Assembly (NCBI GenBank): GCA_003154335.1
Contig: PMDE01000064.1
Span: forward strand, 14,242-78,241
Source: Methanoregula sp.
GTDB lineage: Archaea; Halobacteriota; Methanomicrobia; Methanomicrobiales; Methanospirillaceae
Reading direction: 5' to 3'
DNA length: 64,000 bases
Each line of letters opens with the position of its first letter. Within the stretch, counting starts at the first letter, position 1. The notes beneath the pieces were generated by a model. The model made no database searches, was not told where the DNA came from, and was given only the letters and a program-made list of their open reading frames with translations. The translations under genes were made by a program, and so were the position numbers. Below, piece after piece: positions 44,587 through 54,585 of the stretch.

Positions 44587-45708
44587 TCATCTGATTGAAA
44601 ACGTTCCGTACTTGCCGCCACCGCCAGAGTTCAGATTCAGCGTACCGCTGCGAAACGCAGATATTACTTCTGCAACCTTCGGGTTAATTACCAGTATTTC
44701 ATGAACGGGTACATCGAGGAGTACCGCGATCTCGTTATTGAAAGCGTTGATGAGAGATTGATAGATCGCGTCACATTTCTTCGTGTAGGGAGATGATGCC
44801 CCTACAACAGACTGGATGATCTGACCCAGAGGGAGCGCATGAATGTAGGGGGGCCGGGGGCAGGATGTACCACCCTTAGACAGTTCTCCAGAACGATCGA
44901 AGACACCCTTCTTTATTATTCCCCCGTCAGATGGGCACCGCCATCTGTACTGAACTGCCTGGTCCATGTTATATTGGGTGAAGCAACGGGTGCAGGCGGT
45001 CCGGTTGTACTTCCCTTCCTCCGGAAAAAACCCGACATTCATCTCGATATCGGTTTTCTTGATTGCGTTTAGAACATCCTTGGCTCTGCGGTGCCTGATA
45101 CGGATGCGGTTGAACTCGCGGCCCAGCTTATCCGGGTTGGGGCTGTGAGCATCAGAGTTTGTGAGAAACGGAACATCACATAAATCTGGAATTGCCTCGC
45201 CGTAAGAGCTGTCCGCAGAGAGCCCCAGCTCGAGAAAATCGATCTTCTCATTCCCATAACAAGCGGGAACACTGTCAAAATAAGCATACAACGCGGTCCA
45301 CGGGGTAAAGGCATGTGCCGGGCCAATCATCGCACCAACTTCGTGGGCAAATGCCGCAATCTCCTCCCCGTTAAGGTAGACATGGGGGCGGCCACTGGTC
45401 TCAAAACTTTTGCACTTGCCGGCCATCAGGTCGCGGAGCTGGTCGAACTGGGCGAAGTCTTCTGCGAGAACAAGATGGTGGACTCGTTTCTTGTCTTCAA
45501 TCTCGCATTGGGGAACGATGATAACCCCGTCATTGTTCTCCATATACAACTGCCAGCATTTCTGCCAGTCGGGTTGGAGCGCATCGCCGGTTCCGAGAAC
45601 GTCGATACCCTTATTTACGCAGCTCGCGAGTAATTGCTCCGGTTTCATGAAGCGTGAGACCGCCATTGAGTAGGGGGAGTGGATGTGGAGGTCAGCGTTA
45701 ACGCGCAT
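44587..45708 (-). CDS. PHP-domain endonuclease Q family protein
   Basis: DLHIHS, GTGD, VHHL, GPAHAFTPW, ELGLSAD, NSDAHS, LGREFN, GKY..ACTRC, GGGGKYG. Confidence 0.9.
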   Translation of the reverse strand: MRVNADLHIHSPYSMAVSRFMKPEQLLASCVNKGIDVLGTGDALQPDWQKCWQLYMENNDGVIIVPQCEIEDKKRVHHLVLAEDFAQFDQLRDLMAGKCKSFETSGRPHVYLNGEEIAAFAHEVGAMIGPAHAFTPWTALYAYFDSVPACYGNEKIDFLELGLSADSSYGEAIPDLCDVPFLTNSDAHSPNPDKLGREFNRIRIRHRRAKDVLNAIKKTDIEMNVGFFPEEGKYNRTACTRCFTQYNMDQAVQYRWRCPSDGGIIKKGVFDRSGELSKGGTSCPRPPYIHALPLGQIIQSVVGASSPYTKKCDAIYQSLINAFNNEIAVLLDVPVHEILVINPKVAEVISAFRSGTLNLNSGGGGKYGTFSIR

Positions 45709-45710
45709 GA

Positions 45711-46466
45711 TTACCCGATATAACTCAGCTCTTCTTCTTTTAGCTTGTTTCCTTCGACCAGACCTTCAATTACTTTTTCCATTTCTGATGCCCGGTCATT
45801 AAGTTTGGTCGGATCGATTGGAACGTCAATTAGTTTAGAGAGAACTGCGAGGACGTTTGCTGCACTCATCGGATCGACCAGATACCCACTCGTTTCACCC
45901 ATCAGGCACACCGCGTCAATTCCACGAAGTGCTGATAGTCCCAGTATAAGCCCGGCAGCACCAATGATACCTCCACCTGGTTCATCCCGGTTGAACATAA
46001 CACCAGCAGTCTCAATTTCTGACCGGAGCTCTGCCCGATTTACAGCACCCAACACCCGGGGTTCATTAACCAGGTGTCCGACGCCGAATCCACCCAGTGT
46101 GTAGATACGCTTAACTTTGAAACCTTCAGCAATCTCACAATAACAATCAGCAAGCAAATAATGCCCCTCGTTAGAAGTGCTCTGGTGATCTCCGACAAGA
46201 AAAATAAGATCTCTACTGCAAGAGTGATAAAAATAAATTTCATTTCTTGCCAGACGGGCAAGGCCATTCTCTTCAAGGATAACCTGAGGAGGAAAATAGA
46301 TCGAATGGATCTCTCCGATTTTTTCTGCGCCAAGCATGTGGATCATATACTCGGCAACAAGTTTCCCAACCTGTCCGATTCCGGGTAACCCTTCAATCAG
46401 AATAGGATCAACAGGTTTTTTCTCCTGGAAACTTTCAAAATACGTGACAGAGATCTCCTCGATCAT
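45711..46466 (-). CDS. PAC2-family proteasome assembly chaperone
   Basis: [36 protein letters not shown]-terminal YIG. Confidence 0.9.
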   Translation of the reverse strand: MIEEISVTYFESFQEKKPVDPILIEGLPGIGQVGKLVAEYMIHMLGAEKIGEIHSIYFPPQVILEENGLARLARNEIYFYHSCSRDLIFLVGDHQSTSNEGHYLLADCYCEIAEGFKVKRIYTLGGFGVGHLVNEPRVLGAVNRAELRSEIETAGVMFNRDEPGGGIIGAAGLILGLSALRGIDAVCLMGETSGYLVDPMSAANVLAVLSKLIDVPIDPTKLNDRASEMEKVIEGLVEGNKLKEEELSYIG

Positions 46467-46615
46467 TTTTTTGCCAGCCTCCGATATTTTCCATAGGGAT
46501 CTTCAGGAGAAAAACGAGCAGGATGCGCGGTTGTTGTGGGCTTACCACATACCGGGCACAGGGTAGAAAGGGTATATGAATAATCTTCCGTACACTTACG
46601 GATGCGACCCCTCAT
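46463..46615 (-). CDS. nop10: H/ACA RNP protein Nop10 (50 aa, missed by ORF track)
   Basis: [50 protein letters not shown]; overlaps both neighbouring genes. Confidence 0.95.
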   Translation of the reverse strand: MRGRIRKCTEDYSYTLSTLCPVCGKPTTTAHPARFSPEDPYGKYRRLAKK

Positions 46616-47400
46616 TGACTTTTCCCGGACTTTGGTTTTTTGACGAGTTTGCCCTCGCCACCTGATTTCTCCATGACCGCTATCGCTGCATTTGCAGCTT
46701 TTTCAATTGCTTTTTCAGCTTTTTTATAATCGGGAGCAGTCACTTTAATCCGGTAGGTAGGTGCCCCAAGATACAGGAGCTCAATGTCCACCCCGGCAAT
46801 TTTTGGTTCCGCACTTTTCAATGCTTTCTTTATTACGGATATCCCGTCAGGTAACGTTGAAGTGAGGTAAAGATGCCCGGTTACCTCGACTTTTGGAACC
46901 TTCACGTTCTCCTGGGCTACATGAAGGAGTGTATCGGCAACTTTTTTTGAGAGGCCAAGTTTTTTAAGGGTTGTTTCACTGTCTATCACCAGATCTTCGA
47001 AAACTGGATAGAATGCCCCGTATTTACTGAAAATCTCATTTTCAAGGACAGGGACAGATTCACCGGTCTGTTCAGCAACAAAACCCAACCATTTCTGGGC
47101 TTTGCTTTCGTTCTTCCACTCGCGAATCTTTTCCCGGCGCTGGTGTTCGTTGACATCTTTTAAGGAAAGATCAATATGCCCGCGGGTTCTGTCAACATTA
47201 AGAACCTTGCAGACAATTTTTTGTCCTTCCCGTATGTGATCCCGGATGTACTTAATCCAGCCTGTTGCGATTTCGGAGATGGGAATAAGCCCCTGACGAC
47301 CACCATACTCATCCAGCGATACGAAGGCTACAAAATCCTTCACATTCTGTACAGTGCAGACAACCAGTTCCGATTCCTGCGGCCATTCTCTGTCCAGCAT
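46612..47400 (-). CDS. eif2a: Translation initiation factor aIF2 alpha
   Basis: S1 domain WP...[26 protein letters not shown]; GAP.YR. Confidence 0.96.
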   Translation of the reverse strand: MLDREWPQESELVVCTVQNVKDFVAFVSLDEYGGRQGLIPISEIATGWIKYIRDHIREGQKIVCKVLNVDRTRGHIDLSLKDVNEHQRREKIREWKNESKAQKWLGFVAEQTGESVPVLENEIFSKYGAFYPVFEDLVIDSETTLKKLGLSKKVADTLLHVAQENVKVPKVEVTGHLYLTSTLPDGISVIKKALKSAEPKIAGVDIELLYLGAPTYRIKVTAPDYKKAEKAIEKAANAAIAVMEKSGGEGKLVKKPKSGKSQ

Positions 47401-47408
47401 GGGAAGTA

Positions 47409-47597
47409 TCACGTAAGCTCAGCGATAATTTCGGCTTTAATACTTGCCTTTCCCCCGGTAGGGGTTGCAAGGTCATGCCCGCAGACGACACATTTCACAA
47501 TAGTGCTTGCTTTTTCAAATATCGTCTGCTCATTCTCACAATCAGGACATTTAACCTTGAAAAATTTACTCCGGTTTTCCCGAATCTCTCGTACCAT
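47409..47597 (-). CDS. rps27e: 30S ribosomal protein S27e
   Basis: FFKVKCPDC.NEQ.IF...V.C..CG..LA.PTGGKA. Confidence 0.97.
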   Translation of the reverse strand: MVREIRENRSKFFKVKCPDCENEQTIFEKASTIVKCVVCGHDLATPTGGKASIKAEIIAELT

Positions 47598-47604
47598 TTT
47601 GCGC

Positions 47605-47883
47605 TCACTCCGTCAACTCAAATTTCGCGACCCGGTAACCTTTGCGCAGATGTGCCTTTCCGCAGGTAATACAGCGGTAGCGGACATTTATTTTTTTCGT
47701 TGGCTTGTCGCCTCCGGGCACTTTTGAGAATTTTCCCATGTTACCTACTTTTCCTCTGCGTGCCTTCTGGCGGTCAATCCAGTGCAGGCCGGTTGTCTTG
47801 CCTTTCTTTACCTTCTCGACCTCGTGCATCTGATGATTTCTGCAGTGAGGACAATAGGTGTTAAATTTTGCTGGCATTTTCAT
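47605..47883 (-). CDS. rpl44e: 50S ribosomal protein L44e
   Basis: TYCPHC..H..H.V, KPTKK...RYRC..CGK. Confidence 0.97.
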   Translation of the reverse strand: MKMPAKFNTYCPHCRNHQMHEVEKVKKGKTTGLHWIDRQKARRGKVGNMGKFSKVPGGDKPTKKINVRYRCITCGKAHLRKGYRVAKFELTE

Positions 47884-47922
47884 AAAATTTTCACCGATAA
47901 ATTCGAATACAGAATACCAATA

Positions 47923-48594
47923 TTATTTACAAAGATTCATATTTAAGACTATGTTGCGTTCACTTAATACCGCAGCATTCCTTTCAGGAAGCGTCAATAT
48001 ATCTCCTTTTGAGAGAGTATAAATCCTCCCATCAATTCCCATGAAAGATTCCATATCTTCGAGAACCCGAACGAGGGCGCAAGGAGATGAGAGGGGCAAA
48101 TCTCCTTTTTGTGATTCTGGCGGGACTGTTATGTTTTCCTCCTCGATATCCGCTCCCGAGTCTGCCGATTCATCAATTACTGCGACCAGGAACGGGGAGT
48201 GCTGAACGGGGACAATAGTGTGTAACAGGTTACCTTTACATTGTTCAATACTGACCGTAACCGTATCGAACATCTCTTTCTCAGAAGGCACCATCCGCTT
48301 GACTTCTTCGCGGTCATAATAATTATCTTCCGCATGCATAACGGTAAGCGCAAGAATCTTGCGTGAGCGTATTGAAAAAAGCTCTCGCAATGTCTCTTTT
48401 ATCGCCAGCGTCTCTTCGATGAGGGAACGTGCTTCATCAGAGAGAGGATCCTCAAGCGCGTAGACCTTACTGATAAGAGAGGCAAGGTTCAGATACCCTC
48501 GATCGAACAGATCCGGTGCTATTGCAGTAAGCCTTCCCGTTTCCCGTTCTGACAGCAGGATGCTGCGGAGATCGTCAAGCCCGATTGATCCCAT
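47923..48594 (-). CDS. GINS complex protein (Gins15/Gins51-like)
   Basis: Helical A domain (ER...L..I, R..KI..L) plus B domain VRVLED...FMGIDG..Y.L.KGDI.TLP..NA.VL; lies between priS and rpl44e. Confidence 0.85.
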   Translation of the reverse strand: MGSIGLDDLRSILLSERETGRLTAIAPDLFDRGYLNLASLISKVYALEDPLSDEARSLIEETLAIKETLRELFSIRSRKILALTVMHAEDNYYDREEVKRMVPSEKEMFDTVTVSIEQCKGNLLHTIVPVQHSPFLVAVIDESADSGADIEEENITVPPESQKGDLPLSSPCALVRVLEDMESFMGIDGRIYTLSKGDILTLPERNAAVLSERNIVLNMNLCK

Positions 48595-48606
48595 ACGTTT
48601 CCTCTG

Positions 48607-49737
48607 CTAAGAAATTTCTGCCATCCCACGGCAGCAGAGGAATACAGCTACCGCTTCTGGTACTGTAGTGATACCTTTTCCGAGTTCATAATTACTTCCC
48701 ATCATTGGCATCGTTACCGGACAGACGGCATTAATTTTTACGTCGCGCATTGAAAAAACAACCGCATCAACAAGTGGTTCAAAATCGGGCAAATCACGGA
48801 GTTCAAGCCTCTGAACACGCATACCGCTCCCGCCATGCAGTGAAGTTGGCATTCGGATAAGACGTTTTATATCAGTTGTGACAGGTTCATCTGCGAGAGC
48901 AGCCCGGGTGAGGAGTCGTTTTTTAAATTCCCCTTCCTGCTCGGAAAGAACTGAATGCAGCACACGGTTCTTTAACAGTATACTCGTTGGATGATGTTCT
49001 GCCTCCGCAATAATTTCGGTCTGGTTTTTCAGAAATGATGTTGCCGAATCCTTTCCAATTCCCTCTATTCCCGTAAGGTGCGCAATTGCTTCTGCTTCAT
49101 TAAGGGAACTCACCCAACGGATATATTCTACAAGCGTTTCGCGGTACCGTATCTGCCAGCCGGGAGAAACGGGGTTTCTTCCAGAAAGCATTAATGCCGG
49201 GTCAATTCCGATACCACAGACATAATCAATCAGCTCCCTGCGTTCTGCACTTCCCCAACCACGAAACGCAATATCTTTGATGTGAACATGATATCCACGA
49301 CCACCGGAAAAGACGAGTTCAATGGTTTTGGGATTCATCCCAAATTCCTCAATGAGCATCAACATGAGCTTCTCAGTTTCCTCTTTCACTCTTACCAGCA
49401 TCTGGTCATAGGGTCCCCGTACAATGTGGTCTGCGTCAAGATCGAAAATAAGATCTGCACCGCACCAGCCTTTTTCTGCCATAGTCCCGGCATCAGGTTT
49501 TTCATAATACGCCGTTGAGTAATAGGAATGCCTTGGTACAAGGTTTTTAATAAACTGAAAAAGCTCTTCCTTACCGGAAAAACCTATATGCCGCCGCATA
49601 TTGAGAACAGATGAACCGGGATTGAACATAACAAAGCCCCATTCACGCTGCTCAAGTGATGAAGGCGCTACAAGAACATTTTTTTTGTAATAATCAGTGA
49701 ACCGCTGTCGGAGAAATTCGGTTGTTGCCGGGTTCAT
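48607..49737 (-). CDS. priS: DNA primase catalytic subunit
   Basis: REWGF, YYS.AYY, ADLIFDLDAD, FSGGRGYH, DEPVT.D..RLIR.P.SLH. Confidence 0.96.
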   Translation of the reverse strand: MNPATTEFLRQRFTDYYKKNVLVAPSSLEQREWGFVMFNPGSSVLNMRRHIGFSGKEELFQFIKNLVPRHSYYSTAYYEKPDAGTMAEKGWCGADLIFDLDADHIVRGPYDQMLVRVKEETEKLMLMLIEEFGMNPKTIELVFSGGRGYHVHIKDIAFRGWGSAERRELIDYVCGIGIDPALMLSGRNPVSPGWQIRYRETLVEYIRWVSSLNEAEAIAHLTGIEGIGKDSATSFLKNQTEIIAEAEHHPTSILLKNRVLHSVLSEQEGEFKKRLLTRAALADEPVTTDIKRLIRMPTSLHGGSGMRVQRLELRDLPDFEPLVDAVVFSMRDVKINAVCPVTMPMMGSNYELGKGITTVPEAVAVFLCCRGMAEIS

Positions 49738-51311
49738 TTCAGATCCTTAATCATATAGGGCCCTCTGCGTTCATATCCCATTCTACGGTAATAGGGACGG
49801 ACTCCTATACCGCTCATAATAGCCAATCTTGGTAAGCCTTCATCAAGAGCGATCTCTTCTGCACGGGCAATAAGCACCTTTCCGAAACTCCTGTGCTGCC
49901 ATTCATCAGAATCAGCTTCTTTTCCGACCGGGACAAGACTCCCGTACACGTGAAGCTCCCGAAGGATTGCCGCATTTTCGAGTTCTGTCCTGTATGCACA
50001 AAATGGTATCCGAAGCCGGCTGAACCCGATTAACGAATCTTCAGAAACTGCTGAGATAAAGTGCTCTTTTCCCCCGCAGCACTCATACTTCAATAACTTT
50101 ATTTCTGATTCTGCAAGCGAAGGCAGTCTGCCAATTTCCCGGCACCGTATGCAGCGACAACGTCTTCCTTCTGACTTCAGCCGGTTCTGGGCGAGCTGGC
50201 GGAAATTGGAGTGGCGGGAGCCGGCAATTATCAGTTTCGCCGGAATATCCCGCTGAACCCGCTGGAGACGGGTATACTCGGGGATAAGCGATTTTGCATA
50301 AGCAACAAGATCGATCATGTCCTCCTCGTTATAGGGCATATATGCGCCACGTCTCCAGTGTTCTTCAATTTCTGAACCCGGAGTGACAAGGGTAGGATAA
50401 ATTTTTAGAAAATCAGGCATGAAGCGAGGATCGGAAAAAATTGTCTCAAACATCTTTTTATCTTGTTCAATTGATGACCCGGGGAGATTTGGCATCAGAT
50501 GAAACCCCACTTTCATACCAGCATCACGGAGAAGTGTGTTGGCTTCAACGGAGTCTGCAACCGTGCACCCACGCCGGTTATAGGACAGTATATCATCATT
50601 GACATGCTGTACGCCAAGTTCCACTTTGGTAACACCGAGGTTCAGCATGCGGTCAATATGTTCACGGCGGCACCAGTCAGGTCGGGTTTCAAATGTTATA
50701 GCCACGCAGCGGACAGCTGAGGTCTCATTTTCTGTCGGAATGGCTTCATCACACGGTAATTCCACCGATGCTGCACCTCCCGGGTAGTCATTCATGGATT
50801 GTATGCAGCGCGTCACAAAATGTTCCTGATATTCCGGTGTTCGTGCTGTCATAGTACCTCCCATCACGATAAGCTCCACTTTGTCCACACGGTGCCCAAG
50901 GAGTTCAAATTGTTCGAGCCGGGCATGCACCTGAGTAAACGGGTCATAGGAATGCTCCCGGGCACGCAAAGCCGCCGGCTCTTCTCCCGTGTAGCTTTGA
51001 GGAGATTTGAACGGGTGATCTGGTCCTCCGGGACATGGCAGACATTTTCCATGAGGGCAGGAAAATGGCGACGTCATCACTGCGACGGGAGCTACACCGG
51101 ACAGCGTCCGCGTGGGTTTAACCAAGAGTATTTTCCTCAGAGTTTCCCGCTCTTCCGGAAAAGCGCACGCAAGGATTGCTGAATTTTTCGGAACTGCGGT
51201 TAACCGATACTTCCGACAAATATCGATCTTTACCGCTACAACCCTCTCATCACCGGGCTCAAAGAAGAGAATGCGGGAGATCATTTCCCGTAACGCCAGC
51301 GCCTCATCCAT
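49734..51311 (-). CDS. elp3: Elp3 tRNA U34 carboxymethyltransferase (radical SAM plus KAT)
   Basis: RTLSGVAPVAVM, CPHGKCLPC, QSYTG.EP, ETRPD, KIYPT, RVQRDIP, RELHVYG, WQH. Confidence 0.96.
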   Translation of the reverse strand: MDEALALREMISRILFFEPGDERVVAVKIDICRKYRLTAVPKNSAILACAFPEERETLRKILLVKPTRTLSGVAPVAVMTSPFSCPHGKCLPCPGGPDHPFKSPQSYTGEEPAALRAREHSYDPFTQVHARLEQFELLGHRVDKVELIVMGGTMTARTPEYQEHFVTRCIQSMNDYPGGAASVELPCDEAIPTENETSAVRCVAITFETRPDWCRREHIDRMLNLGVTKVELGVQHVNDDILSYNRRGCTVADSVEANTLLRDAGMKVGFHLMPNLPGSSIEQDKKMFETIFSDPRFMPDFLKIYPTLVTPGSEIEEHWRRGAYMPYNEEDMIDLVAYAKSLIPEYTRLQRVQRDIPAKLIIAGSRHSNFRQLAQNRLKSEGRRCRCIRCREIGRLPSLAESEIKLLKYECCGGKEHFISAVSEDSLIGFSRLRIPFCAYRTELENAAILRELHVYGSLVPVGKEADSDEWQHRSFGKVLIARAEEIALDEGLPRLAIMSGIGVRPYYRRMGYERRGPYMIKDLK

Positions 51312-51316
51312 GACTT

Positions 51317-51583
51317 TTAATGTTCGGCCGCAACTTTAGTGGATGCAGTCTCTGAAGAATAGGTCGCCACAGGAATACGATGTCCGTGGATATGGTTAAC
51401 AATCTCATCACCAAGGGTGAGAAGAGCATCTTTGTGAGCTTTTTTGTCTTTATGTATATGGACAGGTGAAATTTCAAGAGAATTATAACGTTCGGTCTGA
51501 ATATCTTCGTTGGTGACGCCTTCGTAGTACTTCTTTATGTGAATCATTAACATGTGTAAATGCAGCAATTCTTCCTTTTGCAC
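51317..51583 (-). CDS. UPF0058 family protein
   Basis: M.KEELLHLH...Y..L.ISP.HIHK.K..HK.A..LG. Confidence 0.85.
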   Translation of the reverse strand: MQKEELLHLHMLMIHIKKYYEGVTNEDIQTERYNSLEISPVHIHKDKKAHKDALLTLGDEIVNHIHGHRIPVATYSSETASTKVAAEH

Positions 51584-51635
51584 ACTATCACCTTCTGCAA
51601 GCTGATTCTATTTCCTGTGATACACATATACCTTT

Positions 51636-52538
51636 TTGGTGAGATTTATAACAGGAAAGATGCGGGCTACCGGATCGCTCATTGGGCTGGCAATTGGGGA
51701 TGCGTTGGGTGCGCCCCTTGAAGGATCTGCCCAACCTGATTCGTGGGTGACTGAAATGCTTCCCGGAGGGCGGCATTTCCGGAAAAAAGGCCAGATTACG
51801 GACGACACTTTGCAGGCAATAGCAATTGCAGAATCGCTGGTCAACTGCGGGGAGTTTAACCAAAAAGACCTTATATCCCGTTTATTTTCCGGGTACGAAA
51901 AGCGTCCGGAATGGTATGGTCCGACATCTTCTGCATTTTTTGAAATGATCAAAAAAGGCACCCTGCCGCACCGGGCCGCAATTCTCGTGCACAAAAAAAA
52001 TCTGGGTAGCCGGAGCAACGGCAGTGTGATGCGGGGCTTTCCTCTCGGGATCTTCTACCCGGCCCCGGAGGTTTATTCGGTCAGCCTCGAATGTTCGAAG
52101 CTGACCCATCACGATCCGGTCGCCGGCCACTGTTCAGGATTCCTGAACACAATGGTCAGCGATATGTGCCGGGGGGCTTCCCGAACCGCTGCGTTTCGTC
52201 ATGCACGCTCGCTCTGTTCTCATCCGGAAGTGCATGCAGTGCTCGGTAATTATGATCATTATGATCTGGAACCTTCCTTAGATTCCGTGCTCTGTTCACA
52301 TGCAGCCCTGTACTGTTTCATGAGTACTTGCACATTTGAGAGCGCGGTTCTGTCCGCTATTAACTTAGGCGGTGATGCAGATACAGTGGGGGCATGCACC
52401 GGGGCGATGGCAGGTGCTTATTGGGGACTGGATGCTACTCCCAAACGCTGGGGGAGGGAACTGGAGGGATATGATGAGCTGGTGAAACTGGCGGAGCGGG
52501 TGTGGGTGATGAGAAAGGATAGAGCCCGGAGCAGATAG
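51636..52538 (+). CDS. ADP-ribosylglycohydrolase family protein
   Basis: GLAIGDALGAP.E, TDDT, SNGSVMR, LTH, GGDADT.GA..GA.AGA; start uncertain (51636, 51639 or 51660). Confidence 0.92.
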   Translation: MVRFITGKMRATGSLIGLAIGDALGAPLEGSAQPDSWVTEMLPGGRHFRKKGQITDDTLQAIAIAESLVNCGEFNQKDLISRLFSGYEKRPEWYGPTSSAFFEMIKKGTLPHRAAILVHKKNLGSRSNGSVMRGFPLGIFYPAPEVYSVSLECSKLTHHDPVAGHCSGFLNTMVSDMCRGASRTAAFRHARSLCSHPEVHAVLGNYDHYDLEPSLDSVLCSHAALYCFMSTCTFESAVLSAINLGGDADTVGACTGAMAGAYWGLDATPKRWGRELEGYDELVKLAERVWVMRKDRARSR

Positions 52539-52956
52539 TATCTCCATTTACAAATGTGAGAGACGGTTCTATATGGAATAAACAGTCGGAAAAACAGCGA
52601 AAATATTTTTCATTCACCCAACGTACAGAGAAGGTATCCACAGTATCTTCCGGTTTTATGCTGAAAACAACAATACTCGCAACACCTGAAAATTTTTCAT
52701 CGAATGGGCCACGAAAAGGGAAATTGGCAACGAAATTGTCTTCGGACAAGGAATCCAGGGTTAGCCTCTCCTTCTCTTTTATGTTGTGTATTCGAGAGCG
52801 AGGAGAATTTTGCCTGCTGTCGATGAAATCCACGACTCCTTTTTTAATTGGTCAGAAGTTTTCCCGCGATCTCCCCTGAATATTGATATGATATATGCAA
52901 TGAACTAAGAGGAAAGAATGATCCCGGGCAATTTGGCGAGACTATCTCCGCGAGCT

Positions 52957-53009
52957 ACCCCTCAGAGTATGTTTCCGGCATTTCGACGTATCAGGGATCA
53001 TCATAGGGT
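52957..53009 (-). ncRNA. Candidate box C/D sRNA
   Basis: Minus strand reads ACCCT-ATGATGA-(32 nt)-CTGA-GGGGT: perfect box C and box D flanked by a complementary terminal stem. Confidence 0.55.
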
Positions 53010-53034
53010 GTCGGGGGGTTTCTGATAGAGAAAT

Positions 53035-53481
53035 TTACGCTGGCCTGATCTCCACCATTTTCAGTGCCCGACCCTTTTCGCAGATATCAGAAGCATTTCC
53101 CAGCACTTCGGAAACAATGTATTTCTCTCCATTAACAATGCCGTCAGGACGACAAAGGGGATAACTCCGGCATTCGTCCCGGTTGCATGAGAGTTCAAGT
53201 CTGATCTTGGAATTTACCATTGCCATTTCAGCATTGATAAGGGCGGTGATCGGTGCCTCCATCACCTCCACAGCGGTTGCACTATCGAGATGGACTGTGC
53301 ATTCATGATGGGTTGTCCTCACTGAAACGATGCGGTATTTTCTTCCTGCCAGTAGATTATTGCACGTTTTTTTTACTTTACAGGAATCGCAACCGGCAAC
53401 TTCTCCTTCATAGATGAATTCAATCCCTTCTTTAGCCATCATTGTGCCGATAAGGGTTACTTTTGTTTTTGAATCTGCCAT
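53035..53481 (-). CDS. UPF0179 family protein
   Basis: VTLIG..A..G.EFIY.G...C..C....C.NL..GR.Y.I..VR...H.C.VH. Confidence 0.88.
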   Translation of the reverse strand: MADSKTKVTLIGTMMAKEGIEFIYEGEVAGCDSCKVKKTCNNLLAGRKYRIVSVRTTHHECTVHLDSATAVEVMEAPITALINAEMAMVNSKIRLELSCNRDECRSYPLCRPDGIVNGEKYIVSEVLGNASDICEKGRALKMVEIRPA

Positions 53482-53494
53482 TCGATTTTCCTCT

Positions 53495-54574
53495 TCATTC
53501 CGAATAGAGTATATGCACGAGGTTCTGAGCTGATTCGCGTGTCAGCCCCATATCGAATATTGTAAAGCGTTCCGGACGGATAGTCTTTGCGAGGAGAAGC
53601 GCATCAACTGCTACGGCATCATCTATCCCGACCTCCGCAGGAGTAACAGGCGCACCTATACTTTTTAGTGAGGTGCGTATGCTTCTCCAGTCACCACCAT
53701 GAAGGTACATGGAGATGATAGTCCCGATCCCGCAACTCTCGCCATGGAGTGCCTTGCCCGGCGCTAGTTTGTCAAGTGCATGGGAGAATTTATGCTCACC
53801 TCCACTTGCCGGCCGCGATGAGCCTGCAATACTCATTGCAACCCCACTGGATACAAGCGCTTTTGTGACGAACCAAGCAGACTGTTCCTGATGTGGTTTG
53901 ATTAGGTGGGCATTTTTTACCAGGATCTCAGCTGTCATTCTGGAGAGCGCTATCGCGTACTCACTCAGGGGCTCACCTTTGACCCTGTGGGCAAGCTCCC
54001 AGTCGAGGATTGCAGTATAATTGGAGATTACGTCTGCACACCCTGCTGCCAGGAGCCGGTGAGGAGCTGAAGCGATAATGCCTGTATCTGCAACAATAGC
54101 GATGGGGGGTTGGGCATCAAGTGACGCATGACCCTCAACGGTAGGTACTGATGCCCGTGATGATGCAATACCATCATGCGATGCGGCCGTTGGGATGGAA
54201 ATAAACTGGAGATCGAGGTTGAAGGAAACTATCTTTGCAGTATCGATAACCCGACCCCCTCCGATACCAATAACAAAATCCATGCCGGAAGCAGCTTTTT
54301 GCGCCTTTTTAATTATTGAAACGCTAATATCTTCGGCAATGAAAGGTTTTACGCAATAGTCTTTGCTGAGAATTTCACAAACTTTGTGACCCGCAATATT
54401 CATTGTTCCTTTACCGGATATCAGCAGCGCAGACTTACCGAGTTTAAGATCTTCGCAAACAGAGGGGATCTGCTCAAACACGTCATGGCCGATAACAACA
54501 TCACGTGGCAGCTGCATCCACTTGGACTTGTCGAATATCTTTGGTTTGAGTAATTTTATTGCATCTGCGCTCAT
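53495..54574 (-). CDS. egsA: sn-glycerol-1-phosphate dehydrogenase
   Basis: GIGGGRVID.AK, PTAASHDGIAS, SSRPASGGEH.FSH, HGE.CG, R.ERFTI. Confidence 0.96.
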   Translation of the reverse strand: MSADAIKLLKPKIFDKSKWMQLPRDVVIGHDVFEQIPSVCEDLKLGKSALLISGKGTMNIAGHKVCEILSKDYCVKPFIAEDISVSIIKKAQKAASGMDFVIGIGGGRVIDTAKIVSFNLDLQFISIPTAASHDGIASSRASVPTVEGHASLDAQPPIAIVADTGIIASAPHRLLAAGCADVISNYTAILDWELAHRVKGEPLSEYAIALSRMTAEILVKNAHLIKPHQEQSAWFVTKALVSSGVAMSIAGSSRPASGGEHKFSHALDKLAPGKALHGESCGIGTIISMYLHGGDWRSIRTSLKSIGAPVTPAEVGIDDAVAVDALLLAKTIRPERFTIFDMGLTRESAQNLVHILYSE

Positions 54575-54585
54575 TCTGATCATGG

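Noticed and set aside
52435-52879. Overlapping 132-aa (-) and 107-aa (+) ORFs after the ADP-ribosylglycohydrolase
   Set aside because: No recognisable domain, and the minus ORF runs into the convergent gene. No partner toxin or ADP-ribosyltransferase motif seen.
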